DNA from: Ginglymostoma cirratum
Lineage: Eukaryota
Length of the DNA stretch: 64,000 bases
Assembly (NCBI GenBank): GCA_024137785.1
Contig: JAHRHZ010000034.1
Location: forward strand, 26,796,920 to 26,860,919
Direction of reading: 5' to 3'
Shown here: one piece after another, positions 24,300 to 36,659 of the stretch
How the letters are laid out: every line of letters starts with the position of its first letter
Position numbering within the stretch: the stretch's first letter is position 1
Notes under the pieces: generated by a model
What the model was told of the DNA's origin: nothing
Databases searched by the model: none
What the model saw: the letters and a program-made list of their open reading frames with translations, nothing else
Made by a program: the position numbers and the translations under genes

Positions 24300-26065
24300 A
24301 ATATTACAGAAGAGGCCGTTTGGTCCACTGAGTCCGTGTTATCGAGAACTAATACCACTTTCCAGTACCTTGGCTCATGGCCTTGAATTTTATGACACTT
24401 CAATTCTCATACAAGTACCTTTTAAAGGTTGTGAGGTTTCCTGCCTCAGCTACCCTCCCAGGCAATCCATTCCAGATTCCTACAAGATTCTGGGTGAAAA
24501 AAACCTTTCCTCAAATCCCCTTCTAAACCTCCTGTCTTTTAGCTGAAAATTGTGCTCCCTTGTTATTGAAACTGTCACTCAGGGGAACAGCTGCTTTATA
24601 TGCACACTGTGCATGCTTGTCAATCTTATACACTTCAATCAGGTTCCCTGTCAGCCTTCTCTGCTCTAAAGAAAACAATTCAAGCCTTATTCAGCCTCTG
24701 TTCTTAGCTAAAATGCTCCATCCCAGTAACATCCTGGTGAATCTCCTGTGCACCCTTCCTGTGCAAGCACATCCTTCATATAGTGTGTTGACCAAAACTG
24801 CACACAGCACTCCAGCTGTGCACTACCCAAAGTTATGTACAGCTCCAACATAACCTCCCTGTTCTTATAATCTGTGTCACAGCTTATGAAAGCACGTGTC
24901 CCGTATGCTGCCTTAACTACCCGAATAACCTGTCCTGTCACCTTCCGGGATCTATGGACAAACACCCCAAGTCTGAGGAAGGATGCTCTTGCTCTCGAGT
25001 GTGTGCAGCGAAGGTTTACCAGGCTGATTCTGGGATAGCAGGTCTGACGTATGAGGAGAAATTGACTAGGTTGGGATTGTTTTCGCTGGAGTTCAGATGA
25101 GTGAGGGGGATCTCATAGAGACTTATGAAATTCTAACAGGATTGGACAGGGTAGATGCAGGGAGGATGTTCCCAGTGATGGTGTGTCCGGAACCAGGGGT
25201 CACAGTATGAGGATTCACGCTAGATGATTTAGGATGGAGATGAGACATTTCTGCACCCGAAGAGTGGTGAGCCTGTGGAATTCATTACCACAGGAAGTAG
25301 TTGATGCCGCAACATTGAATGTATTCAAGAGGCAACTAGATATAGCACTTGGGGCAAATGGGATCAAAGGTTATGGGGAGAAAGCAGGATTAAGCTATTG
25401 AGTTGAATGATCAGTCATGATTGTGAAGAATGGCAGAGCAGGCTTGAAGGGCCGAGTGGCTTCCTCCTGCTCCTATCTTCTATATTGTGTTTTTATGGTT
25501 ACTGTGTTCTGTTGAGCTTCCTAGTGTCTCGCTATTCATTTCACAGTTGTTTCTTTGCAAGTGCATCACCTCTCACTTACCAGAGTTGAATTCCATCTGT
25601 CTATCTGACCAATCTCTCTCTCTCCTCCTACAACCTAAGACCTTCTTCCTCACTGTTAACCACTCAGCCAATCTTCGTGTCACTGCAAAATTCTTTAGCA
25701 TTCAGATGTATAAACAGCCTTCCACCACTACCTTCTGTCTCCTGTCATTAAGCCAGTTTTGGATTCAACTTGTCAAGTTACCTTGGATCCTTTGTGCTTT
25801 TAACACTTTTTGCAATAAGTCTCCCATATGGGATTTTTGCTGAAATACATAAACTATATCAAATGCATTACCCTTATTCCACACCTGGTCACCTCATCAA
25901 AAATAAGATCTATCAAATTTGTTAAGTATGGCCTTCTCTGTCAAAGCTATGCTGACTATCCCTAATCAAACCTTTCCTCTTAGTGGAGATTAATTTTTTA
26001 CGTCAGAATTTTTTTTCCAATAGTTTCCTTATCACTGATGTGAGACTCAATGGCCTGTAATTGGA
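24300..26065 (-). mobile_element. Minus-strand CR1 LINE interrupted by a plus-strand CR1 (24972-25500)
   Basis: ORF 24708-24965 reads VVKAAYG...LELYITLGSAQLECCVQFWS. Minus-strand CR1 sequence resumes after ~25530. Confidence 0.8.
24972..25500 (+). mobile_element. CR1 LINE 3' end nested in the opposite-strand CR1
   Basis: gtgcagcgaaggtttaccaggctgattc...gggggatctcatagagacttatgaaatt...gcaggcttgaagggccgagtggcttcctcctgctcct tail. Confidence 0.85.
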
Positions 26066-26774
26066 ACACTTCCACAAATACCAGAGGATGTGATCTCAGT
26101 TAGTTTTAAATTTGGGATTGACATATTTTTGGTCACGAAGGATGTAAAAGGATATGGAGCCAAGTCAGGGTGGCCGGTGTTACGGTTATGATCAGCTCTG
26201 ATCTCTCTGAAAGGTTTAAAAAAAAGCTCAAGAAGCTGGAAGGCCTACTTCTGTTCCTATGTTGCTTAATGTTTGTCAAAGATTTCTATCCCAACTATTC
26301 ACTTAATTTAAGCCTGACCATTGGGATCCTGCATCCTTATCAACCTTGAACTTGAGCTGAATTTAAGTTCCTTGTTCAATGGACATATGTACATGACAAA
26401 GACCTCCCATTTCCAGCCTGCCAGATCTTCAACCCTGCCCCAGCTCATGTTACCATGTTACTCAGCACTGTTACCTATCCTATCTTGCGCAATATTTCAT
26501 TTATCCTCACTTTTCCATGCTTACTGAGCTGCTGGTTTCCCCCGTGCCTTCAGTTTTAAAATTCTTGCCTTTTATTTGAATCAATTAACTAACTCACCCT
26601 TTTAGAGTTCTCTGACACTCAACGAACAAGCTGCTATTCCTCCGACTCTGACCATCTGTCTACTATCCCCACTGCCTTTCAGCCTAATTCTCTGGAAATC
26701 TTTCCCAAAATCCACCATGTTACTGAATCCCCACTATCAACATCCTTGTAGTTTAAATGCTGTGGCTACGTGAG

Positions 26775-27340
26775 CATATCAGAGACTGGGAATTTTGACC
26801 AAGCAAACAGCAGTAGATTCCCACGTCAGGGTAGTGAATGGCTTGGAGGGGAACTTGCAGGTGGTGGTGTTCCCATGTATCTGCTGCCTTTGTTCTTCTA
26901 GATGGAAGTAGTTGTGGTTTGGAAGGTGCTGTCTCAGGATGTAACTCAGGTGAGTGACCCATTTCCTGACTCTGAAAAGCGTGTATGTCATCTACAAGGC
27001 GTAAGTCAGGAGTGTGCTGAAATATTATTTGCCTGGATGGGTGCAGCTCCAATAACAGTCAAGAAGCTTGACACCATTCGGGACAAAGCAGCCTGCTTGA
27101 TTGGCTCCACGTCCACAAGCGTCCACGTCCTCCATTGCCAATACTGAGCAGCAGCAGTGTGCACTATCTACAAGATGTTTGCTTGGTCAAGATCCTGGAA
27201 TTCTCTCCCCGAGGGCATTGTGAGTCAATGTACAGCATGTGAAATGCAATACATCACCACCTTCTCAAGGGTAATTAGGGATGGGCAATAAATGCTGGCT
27301 AGTCAGTGCTGCCCACATTCAACGAATTAATTTTTAAAAA
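26775..27340 (+). mobile_element. 3' end of a CR1/L2-group LINE with an inverted segment; tail shared with the gggcaataaatgc SINE
   Basis: IYKA-VR-..AWMGAAPITVKKLDTIRDKAACLIG; ends with gggatgggcaataaatgctggct...; 26775-26940 is on the minus strand. Confidence 0.7.
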
Positions 27341-27988
27341 GAGCATTTGAGTGAATCACATCCAATTTTTAACGAAGTCAGTTCATCACTTGGAAATGGA
27401 CTGTGCTGTTGCTAAAGCAAAGAAAAGCACTAGTGGAGACTGGACCCTCATTTAATGCTGATCACATTGGTACAGGATCAAATTATATTTCTATCAAATG
27501 AACCACCATAGGGAATGGCTTCACTGGAATATCTGGCTCACACTCTCAGCCTTTCAGTGCTCTGTTCCATTTATGTGTTTCTCTAGCAAAAAGGCAAGAC
27601 TAGATTTTGGCCTTATCTGTTGAAGCATTTGAAATGTTTAATTGGGCTATCAAATCCCTTTACATTTTACGAATGTCAGTAGTTGACTTGGTAAGTTATG
27701 TTCCATCCTGTGAACATCTGTCTAAATTCGCACTTTGCATCTTAAATCATGCTTTGTTTTGCAATACCAGATCAGATTCAGCTGCGTATGAATACACCTA
27801 ATCATAAAAGTAAATACTTTCTAGTTAAACAGTAGAACTACCAGGTTTTTCTTGAAGCACATCAAATTTACCACACAGATTTCCACATGCGGGCTCCACC
27901 AGGGTGTTAATACTCTTGATGTCTCCTGGGCGCACCTTCCCTCATCTTAGACTTGGTAAAATTTGTTTTAAAACAGGGTGATATTTGA

Positions 27989-28197
27989 CAGAAACCGAAA
28001 GAACTGTGGATGCTTTAAATCAGGAACAAAAACAAAGTTGCTGGAAAAGTCCAGCAGGTCTGGTAGCATCTGTGAAGGAAAAAACAGAGTTAACGTTTTG
28101 GGTCCGGTAACCCTTCCTTAAAACTTCCTCAGAACGTCCGAGGAAGGGTCACCGGACCCAAAATGTTAACTCTCTTTTTTTACTTCACAGATGCTAG
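27989..28197. mobile_element. Palindromic PLE-terminus element (family B)
   Basis: gagttaacgttttgggtccggtaacccttcc ... gaggaagggtcaccggacccaaaatgttaactct inverted arms. Both arms carry the GAAA-to-AAAA core change. Confidence 0.85.
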
Positions 28198-30954
28198 TTT
28201 GAATCTTGTATCATTGATTTTCTGAACCGAGAACATTTCTACATCCTTATGTAATTTTTTGCAAGGAACCACTCCATTAATATTCTGAGCATTTTGAGAG
28301 TAGGGAAAAAAATTTGTACTGGAGCATACCTTGTTATGTGACTGTTAATACACTTAGCGAGTTATAACAATTCACTGCCATGGTTTAAACCAGGCTATTT
28401 TTCTGCTTGTTGATTTGTGTGGAAACATCCAGGATGACGTTCAGCAAAGACATTGCCCACTCGATTTCTCGATGAGAAAAAGTTGGGTTCTAAGGTTTAC
28501 CAAATGCTGTTACCTTAAGTGTATTTTGTTACTGTTTGTGGTCTTGAGATAAATATATAAAGTCTATCGAAACTTAGCCTTATTCCTGTGGCTTTTGTTG
28601 GAGCTCTTGCGCAAGTTCAAACAATTTAATCACTCTTTAATCAGGAAGGTGATTATTGCAGTTACCCATCATTTCTGAACAGCTGTAAGTTTTGTTACAA
28701 TGTGGTGTAATTTCATGGCGATCCTGTTTGCTTTCTATGGTAAATGGTTTGACTTGAAAGAATGCTTTCATTAATCCAGCAATCTCCCTGCTCTAATGTA
28801 TTAAAGTTTGGAACACTTTTTTTTGTTTATACATGTATTTGAACTTCCCACATTATCTTGGACACTGTTAGGCTGGTTGGCATGGAGTCTGTTTTTTTCC
28901 CAGTTTCTGCATAAATGTAACCCAATTACATCATATTTAAGCTGCTGTCTTGTTTGAAGTGATGGGAGTCTGGTTTAGATTTCATTGCTTGATTTAAATT
29001 TCCCAATTGTTGCTTTGCTTCTGGAAAATCTTCACACTTCTTACCCCTGCCTTCAGAGTTTTGTGTTGTTGTCTGACAAAGTATATTGATGAAGTGTAAA
29101 GCTGAGTAGAACTGTAACAGTTTCACTTCAGTATCTATCACATCAGGTAATCACTCACAGACCCTATTATAATCATGAGCAAGTGGCTCTTCTCAATGGA
29201 TTTGGTACATGTAAGATTAACTTCCTTTAAGGCATTTAAGTAGGTCTTATGACACAGTGGCTTGCACATCTGCCTTTGAACCAGAGGGCCCGGGTTCAAG
29301 TCCTACTCCACAACTTGACAGCCAAGAAAGGTGTATTCAGAATGCCATCAAATAAGTCGAGTATCAACTTTCAACAATATGCTGCTGCCAAGTGTAATGG
29401 GATTCCTTGAGATTGGAGCACCTACCATCACTATCCATAGTTCCAAAGTTGTTGCCATGATAGTTCAGATTGTTTCTGGAGGTGTGGGCAGTCAGCTCAG
29501 TTGTGTGGATCAGATTAAACCCTACGGTTTTGGCACCAATTCTGGGGTGAGCTAACAGTCTGTCACCTTGCCCTCTGTGTGGTCTTACACTGTGGTGCTG
29601 TGGGACATACTTTTGGGCCGAGAACACAAGAACGGAAAGAAGGACTCTTCAGTCTGTTTGACTTTCATTATCAGATATGCAGTTGCTTGGTCTGTTCACA
29701 TGGGTCCCAGATATATTGTAAACGGTCATGTGCCAAAATGGTTTTCTAGTCATAGTACGTTCAGTGTAAAAACCCATAGGAAGTCTGTGTGTAAATGTAA
29801 TGAAAGATTGGCAGCAGTTCATTTGGCACTAATGTTGAAATCAGGCCCATCAATGGGGCAAATATCAGTCATTAAACACAATTAGTCACATATAGGAGAC
29901 TGTTCGAAATCCTGTGGTGCTGCTGTTCAGTAAGGAGTAAGCAGAATTGATGATGAGACTTGGACAGGCAACATACATTTGTCTCCTAAATTGGTAGACG
30001 CACTGTAAATTTAATTTTCTTCCTCAGTAAGAATGGTCTTAGCATGGTACAGATTTCCTGGTTAGATGGCTACCACTTTGAATGTTGCAGTATCTTAGTG
30101 GTATTGTATGTGTGTTTTTTTTAAAACTAGCCTTCTTTCAGGCAACCAGTGTAATAAGGTCACTATGTTCAATGTCTTCAAAAGTGTGATTAAAGTTGAA
30201 CTTTCAGTTGATATAACAAAATGAATAAAATAAGTGATTTTTATGAATATTGATTTATGATCAATGTGGAATAGTCACTGAGTCAAGACAATGTTATGCT
30301 GATTTTAGACAGTTGTCGCTGCCAAAGTAATTTAACTAAAAGTATAACTTCAGCTTGAAACACTAATCTTTCTGGACAAAAGCCTAACTAGTTCACCAAA
30401 ATTCTTTTCACTGGATGACGATTGTGTTTACACAGTGATTTTTCCCTTTTTTAAATGGGGAGATATTTTGGAATTTTTACTTGGATGCATGATCTTGTGA
30501 TCTTGGAGAGTCTTGACACAAGTTGGAACAGGACAAGGAAAATACATTTTGTTTTTGTTCCTCTTTTACGTTGCTGAAATTGCACTTATTCTGATCTGTG
30601 GAACTTGAAGGACCTAAACCTATCATTACTAAATTGGTTACTTTTACAAATTAACTCTTAAGTACCAACGTGACACTCATGAAGCTGAGTAATGTAATCA
30701 ATCCATTCATCAACTAAAGTGAATCTTATTCATTACATTGGTGGAAAGATATTATATGAGAAGTCAGCATGTGTAAGCACTGTGTAGCAGGAATAAATTA
30801 TATTGTTCCTTGTAATACTTTGTTTTTTTTCCATTTAATTTGACCTGGGTTTGTCTTATTTTCTCTTTTCAGACCTTTAAATTTTGCATTGGCAATAATT
30901 TCACTGCCCAAATGCAATAAGTTTAGAGTGGTGAAAGAAAGGAAAAAGAATGAA

Positions 30955-31290
30955 TGATTATTTTTCACAGCCACCAATCATCTCGGAGCTCTTTCTACCC
31001 AAGTGTTTTTGAACTGTAGACACTTTTATAATGTAGGAGATAAATTTGTTGCAGCAAATTTGCACAACAGCAATGTGTAGTGATTGAGGGATAAATATTG
31101 GGCAACATTCGGAGGATAGCTCTTGCTAATCTTTGGCGTAGTATAATGGGACCTTTTTGTCTGAGACGTCTACCTGAGCAGGGGGAATGGAGCCTTTATT
31201 TAACATCTTATCTGTGAGATAGCACTTCTGAGAGTGCATCATTCCCTTTGTGTTGCCCTGGAGCGTCAACCTTGATTTTTGTGCTTCAGA
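30955..31290 (-). mobile_element. Deu-domain SINE (SacSINE1/AmnSINE1-like)
   Basis: The reverse complement contains CCAATATTTATCCCTCAATCA, GTGCAAATTTGCTGC, TCCTACATTATA and ACAGTTCAAAAAC, characteristic of Deu-SINE domain and tail. Confidence 0.75.
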
Positions 31291-31291
31291 C

Positions 31292-34200
31292 CAACCATCA
31301 TGCTAGATGGGTAGATTTTGAGCAGAATCAAGCAATTCAAACCTCGGCATCTTTGAGGTTCTGTGGGCAATCAGGAACAGCAAAATTATACACAACCACA
31401 ATCTGTAACCTGTCATAACACCCACAGCACCACCTAGGTGGGAGATCAACTGCCAGTTCAATGCACAGTGCATGTCAGCATGCTTGAAGCAGCACCATAG
31501 ATACCAACAATGAGGTGTCAATCTGGTGAAGCTACAAAACAGGACTACTTGGTAATCTTAGTACTCAATTGCAGAATAGGAAAATCTGTCCCATATGCCA
31601 ACTGTCAAATTGTGTTGATTCTAAAAAAAAAGTCAGATGATTCATAAGTTGTAGAAGATTACATAATGAAGTGGAAATTATAACTGTCTGAAGAGCTTTA
31701 CACCTGCCTGGAAGTGGAATAAGGTGGTGGGTGGAAGCCTCCACCAGTGTGACAGGTGCCTTTTCTCCACATTGCACTACTTTCTTGTGCAGGTGGCTCG
31801 TGCTCTGCATGATTCATTTTATCACTTTATCTAATTAGACAGTAAAAACAAGCTTCAGAACCACTGCTACCCCACTACCTGGCAACAGTCAATGGATTTT
31901 TTAAAAACACAGTCAATGAGCTCGTAACATTGTTAAGCTATCTTTCATGCATGATTTAGCTGGTCAGAATATTGGTGACTGGCACATGCTGAAATCTAGG
32001 AATTCTCCACAGTGAGTCACCTTTAACTTCTCTTTCCATGGAATAACAACAATCATTTGCGTAGATAATCACCGGACAATTTACGGAATTATAGAAGTGA
32101 TATTTCTGATTTCCTATAGGTATTGCAGTCAACAGCAAATGATACAATATCATACCATTGAAGAAGATTGTAATCCTTGTTCCAAAGCTAGCTATAATTT
32201 CTGATTTTAAAAAATGCCTCTTTACATCTGTTGACGGTACAGACCAAATGATACAAACAACTGTACTTTAAGATATAATTACATACAATTTGAGGGAACG
32301 GGCCATTTGGCCTAACCAGTCTGTGTCAGCATTTCCCCTCAACACACAAAGTATGCAAGTATAAAGTAAATATTCACATTCATCTAAGATAACGAGGTGT
32401 AGAGCTGGATGAAAACAGCAGGCCAAGTAGCATCAGAGGAGCAGGAAGGCTGATGTTTCGGGCCTAGACCCTTCTTCAGAACCGAAATGTCAGCCTTCCT
32501 GCTCCTCTGATGCTACTTGACTGCTGTGTTCATCCAGCTCTACACCTTGTTATCTCAGATTCTCCAGCATCTGCCGTTCCTACTATCTCTCTCATTCACA
32601 TTCATCTACCCAGTGTATTGAATATTTTGAAGCCTGGATTTCTCCTTTATATAAAAGACAAATGGCTTCAATGTGTTCACATTCTCCAGCTTTCATCTCC
32701 TTTCATCCACCCACATACTGTAGATGGAATCTGGGAAAAGCTGGGGTTAGTTTGTTCCAGGATACATCTGAAACTGCAGTATGGGTGATCCAATGTGACT
32801 CCGTAAACTAATTCGATAAGGTTTTTTTTTAAATAAAAAGCTGCGGAGTTATTGTGAGTGATGAGAAGATTTATTCTCCCAGGGCACTCAAACTGTATAC
32901 TTTCCAGCATTCCAACAGGAATTTGGGAAATTTGGCTTGCAACGAACACAAAGGAAATGCAATGGAAGGTAGGAGACATAAACTAGCAGAATCTGAAAGG
33001 GAATGAAAACTTGCATTCATTATCCATCTCTCCTTGAACAATAAGTACATCATGAGGTATAAAGGCTGCAAAAAAACAAACAGGCAAGACGTTCCCCACC
33101 AGAAGTCACAATCCAGTAAGATCTGTATCAGCTGTCTTAACATCTTAATGCAATTTTACGAGTTCAGAACAGAATTACAGCTCTGAGAATTAAAATGGCA
33201 GGATTGAAGTTTAACAGTCAATTGTCTGTCAGCCTTTTCTAAAAAAAACTTAATGTTACCTTTGCCAAAGCACAGGTGTTTGGAGGCGGTTTGCAAAAGC
33301 CTGCACAATAAGCTTAGCTTCCTGTGTGTAGGAGGACAGCAGTGTTGCCATTTGAATAGTCAGTTGAATGTACCTCACTTGAATTGCAAATGGTCCACAC
33401 CACAGTTTACTTAGTTCAGTGGACATTGGTACCTTTGAGCCCTGAACCAATTAAGTCTCCTGATAGTAAACCACTTAAAAAGGACAGCAGTGACTGAAGG
33501 GACTGAAAGCAAAAATGTCACACAAAGCACCTGTGTGTGTTGGTATTCTTTAATGAATGGTCCTGCCCTGCTGAATTCATTTCAAGCTTTTACTGCTGGA
33601 TTATAAATACTATTAAACATCAGTATAAATATGTAAAGAACATGAGGATTAACAATTTACAGTTCAAATGTAAATCAGCAATTAAGCAAAAAAAAAACTA
33701 CTATTAAAATAATTGAACAAGTTAGAAAGGTTCTTAGTGATATTTGGTTTTCTTTTCAATGTGACATCAAGTTTTCCAAGCAACACTGCAGCATGCCCTT
33801 TGAGCTTGTAACAGCCTGGTAGACTTATAAGAATACCTGCATTGAAGGAATAAAATTATTAACCTCCATATAGGTGGTTTACATTTTATATCTTCCAAAA
33901 CATTTTATGTAAAATCTGATGAAAGGTCAACCATCTGAAACATTAACTGTTTCTCCACAATTGATGCCTGGTCTACCGAATCTGCTCAGCATTTTCTGCT
34001 TTTATATAATCATTTTAGCCAACTTTCGGAATTGAGGCAGACTAGTCGAACCTGACATTTTCAGCCCAGAATCAGCAGAAAGTTTGATTGAAATTGCCGA
34101 GTAAATTGGCAATCATTTGTATAACTGTATACTTTTCAAACAAATTATTCACAAAATCAAAAAAATTATTTTGGAAAAATACCACAAATACTCCTTTTTC

Positions 34201-36350
34201 AAACAATGAACAGAATAATCGTAATATTTAAAGAATACGCTCATTCTCTTTATGAGGTTGTTGTAACACATTAGATAAAGCCTGATCAAAAACATGCATT
34301 TGGACAGTCATGAAGATCAGTGTGATAAAACTGGACAGCAGAAACTGGCTTGACATTTACATCTCGTAATTAACTAATTTTAGTTAAATTTCAAGAAATA
34401 AGCAAGCTTTTAAAAAAAACTTATTTTTAACTAACATCCTAATTTAAGGTACGAATGCCATCAGCTCCGATCAAGAGTTTAGGAGGAGACTGATTCACAA
34501 GTGGCCTGTTAATAAAATCAGAAAATTCTGGTAATATTGAGCAGGTCTGGCAGTATAGGGAAACAAGAAACATTTCAGGTCAATAACCGAAGGTCGTCAA
34601 CTGAAACATTGACTGTCTTTCACTGCTAGCTGTCTTGCTGAGAATGAGCATATTTTCAATTGTACTTGATTTCCAGCGTCCACTTAATTTTGCTACAGTC
34701 TGAAGTACTATTTTTGCAAATTATTGTTGTCAAAGTGACGCATTCAGTGCAAGGAAAAGTTCATTTACTCCAATTGGTCAGCCTGCAGATAGAGGAGATT
34801 AGTGAATCTTGGCCCACTACACCAGCCCAGATTTCCAACATCGGATTCTTTCTGAGAAACAAACTGCTTGATGTTGTAAGGTAAACCTGGTGAAAAATGA
34901 AACTACAAATTCCAGAAGGAGTATGAACAAAAATATAATTTTAACACGTCAAGTCCAATAGATTGAACCTAAACTACAAAATGCAAAAGATTAATGCCCA
35001 ACCCACAGCACCACTCAAGCTCCCAAGCTCGGAAATAACTTGGAAGCACACCTGTTCCGTAATCAGGGTAATATAGTCAGCATGGAGTTTGTTATAACGT
35101 TCATCCCATTCTACACTGGTAAATGCAAAACCTTTGAACAATTTGTTCAGCACATGATGGATTCCCACTTCGCTCTTAACTCTCCAGCAGTTGTCAAGAC
35201 TGTCTTCAAAGTAGATGGTTCGCAAGGTGCACTTCCTTTGCTAGAGGATAACTTGGTCTTAAATACTCCTGCAAAGCGTACAGCCAAGCAACGGTTTAAG
35301 GACACATTTTGTAAGCCTGCATTTGCAAGGAGTTGACCAACTCTAAGTTTATTGCTGATGGTTGGAACTGGAACAATCTTGGACAGACTAAGAACGTTCA
35401 TTGTTTTTTCAATAAAAGATAGGACTTGACTTAAAACTTAGATCCCTCGCTCAAAATTATCCTCTGCTATTAGGGGAAAAAACCCACCTTTCAGTCTAAA
35501 ACAGTGACGAGACTGTAATTTTCAATAAAACTGAGCAGATGCTCCAAATCCATTTCATAAGATGTACACAATGCAAGGAACTTTCAAGTAGATTCAAAAA
35601 TCCTAGTAAACACATCCAAGTGTTGATTAAAATTTGAGACAGTGCACAACCAGAAAATAATTGCACATTCAACACCTGTAGCCCACTTTACATCTTCCTT
35701 ATCTTCAGTTGCATCGAGGATCTATGTCAAGCATATCTACAGTTCACGTTACAAATTTATCACACTGTACTTTGTGTGTCTTACTTTCACATACCTTAAA
35801 GCTATATTTAAAGTGTTTTTAAGTTGTCAGCTTCTCCAAGATCTTTTGGGTAGCACACATTTTCTCTTGTTTCACGTTAAATAATTGCTACTTTACCAAA
35901 TGTCTAGAAAATCACACAATAGAAATAGGCTTCTCCACTATTTCCATATTCTGCAATATCCACATGAGCATGTAGAGCACCTGTTATGGTTAATCAAATG
36001 TAAGAAACAAAAAAAATTTGAATGCTGTAGAAGCATAGACAATGACTAAAGTAAATACACTAAGTAATAAATGATCACCTTTGTTTGCTATTTTTGAATG
36101 AGTAGCATTTAAATTTTGCCTCAGACTATGCATGTGCATTTTCACTTTTGTCGTGCATTTTGCTCTTCTGGAGTGCATGTGGTCTCCCAAATGGCTGTGT
36201 ACCTTTCCCAAGGCCCTAACAAAACCAAACACCAGGTGCAACCTATATACCAGTTTTATGCCCCTTCTGGGAAACAGTGTGGACTGTGCCATTCCCTGTG
36301 TTCAACTCACGTGAAAATCTGGAAATCTGTGGTGGGTTAAATTGAACCTG
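31292..36350 (-). pseudogene. Decayed multi-exon gene, probably a KDZ (Kyakuja/Dileera/Zisupton) transposase fossil
   Basis: Dense minus-strand AG/GT-bounded exon-like blocks (e.g. 35240-35052, 34886-, -33260, 32200-32021, 31830-31704, 31531-). Ordered motifs: QAFANRLQ...R|, AIPIGNQKYHF, CG, FTRL..IVGIYGAA-(fs)-KHADMHCALN, IVVVYNFA-(fs)-FLIAH, ELLD..NLPI*HDG. Stops and frameshifts are present. Confidence 0.55.
32387..32593. mobile_element. Palindromic PLE-terminus hammerhead element (family A)
   Basis: 15-bp TSD ATTCACATTCATCTA (32372-32386 / 32594-32608); near-perfect inverted arms around ~32480. Confidence 0.9.
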
Positions 36351-36659
36351 TAACTTTCACTAAAATTACACAGTGTATTGGTGTTTTGCTGGCCACAGCA
36401 CTATCGTGAATTAACACACTGGATGCAAGCAAGATGACAGTCAAAAATTAAATTGTAATTGCAAAACAATTAGTGTTAGTTGTGGTAGCACTCTCACCTC
36501 CAAGACATACAATTCCATTTCAAGTCCTGCTCCAGAGCTTTTAAAGCAAAGTTTAGAGGTTTTGGATGCCACAGGCTATATTGACATGTATTGCTCATCC
36601 TTAATTTCTCTTGAGCAGGCTGTGGTGAACAGCCGCCTTGAACTATTGCAGTCTGTGGG

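Noticed and set aside
30850-30920. Acceptor-like ttctcttttcag and a short hairpin ttgcattggca...tgcccaaatgcaa (miRNA-like)
   Set aside because: There is an immediate stop in the ZEB frame, the stem is too short for a pre-miRNA, and I recognise no mature miRNA.
31530-36350. snoRNA host gene explanation for the short antisense exons
   Set aside because: I found no convincing C/D (RTGATGA...CTGA) pairs in the short introns I inspected; the transposase-like motifs explain the region better.
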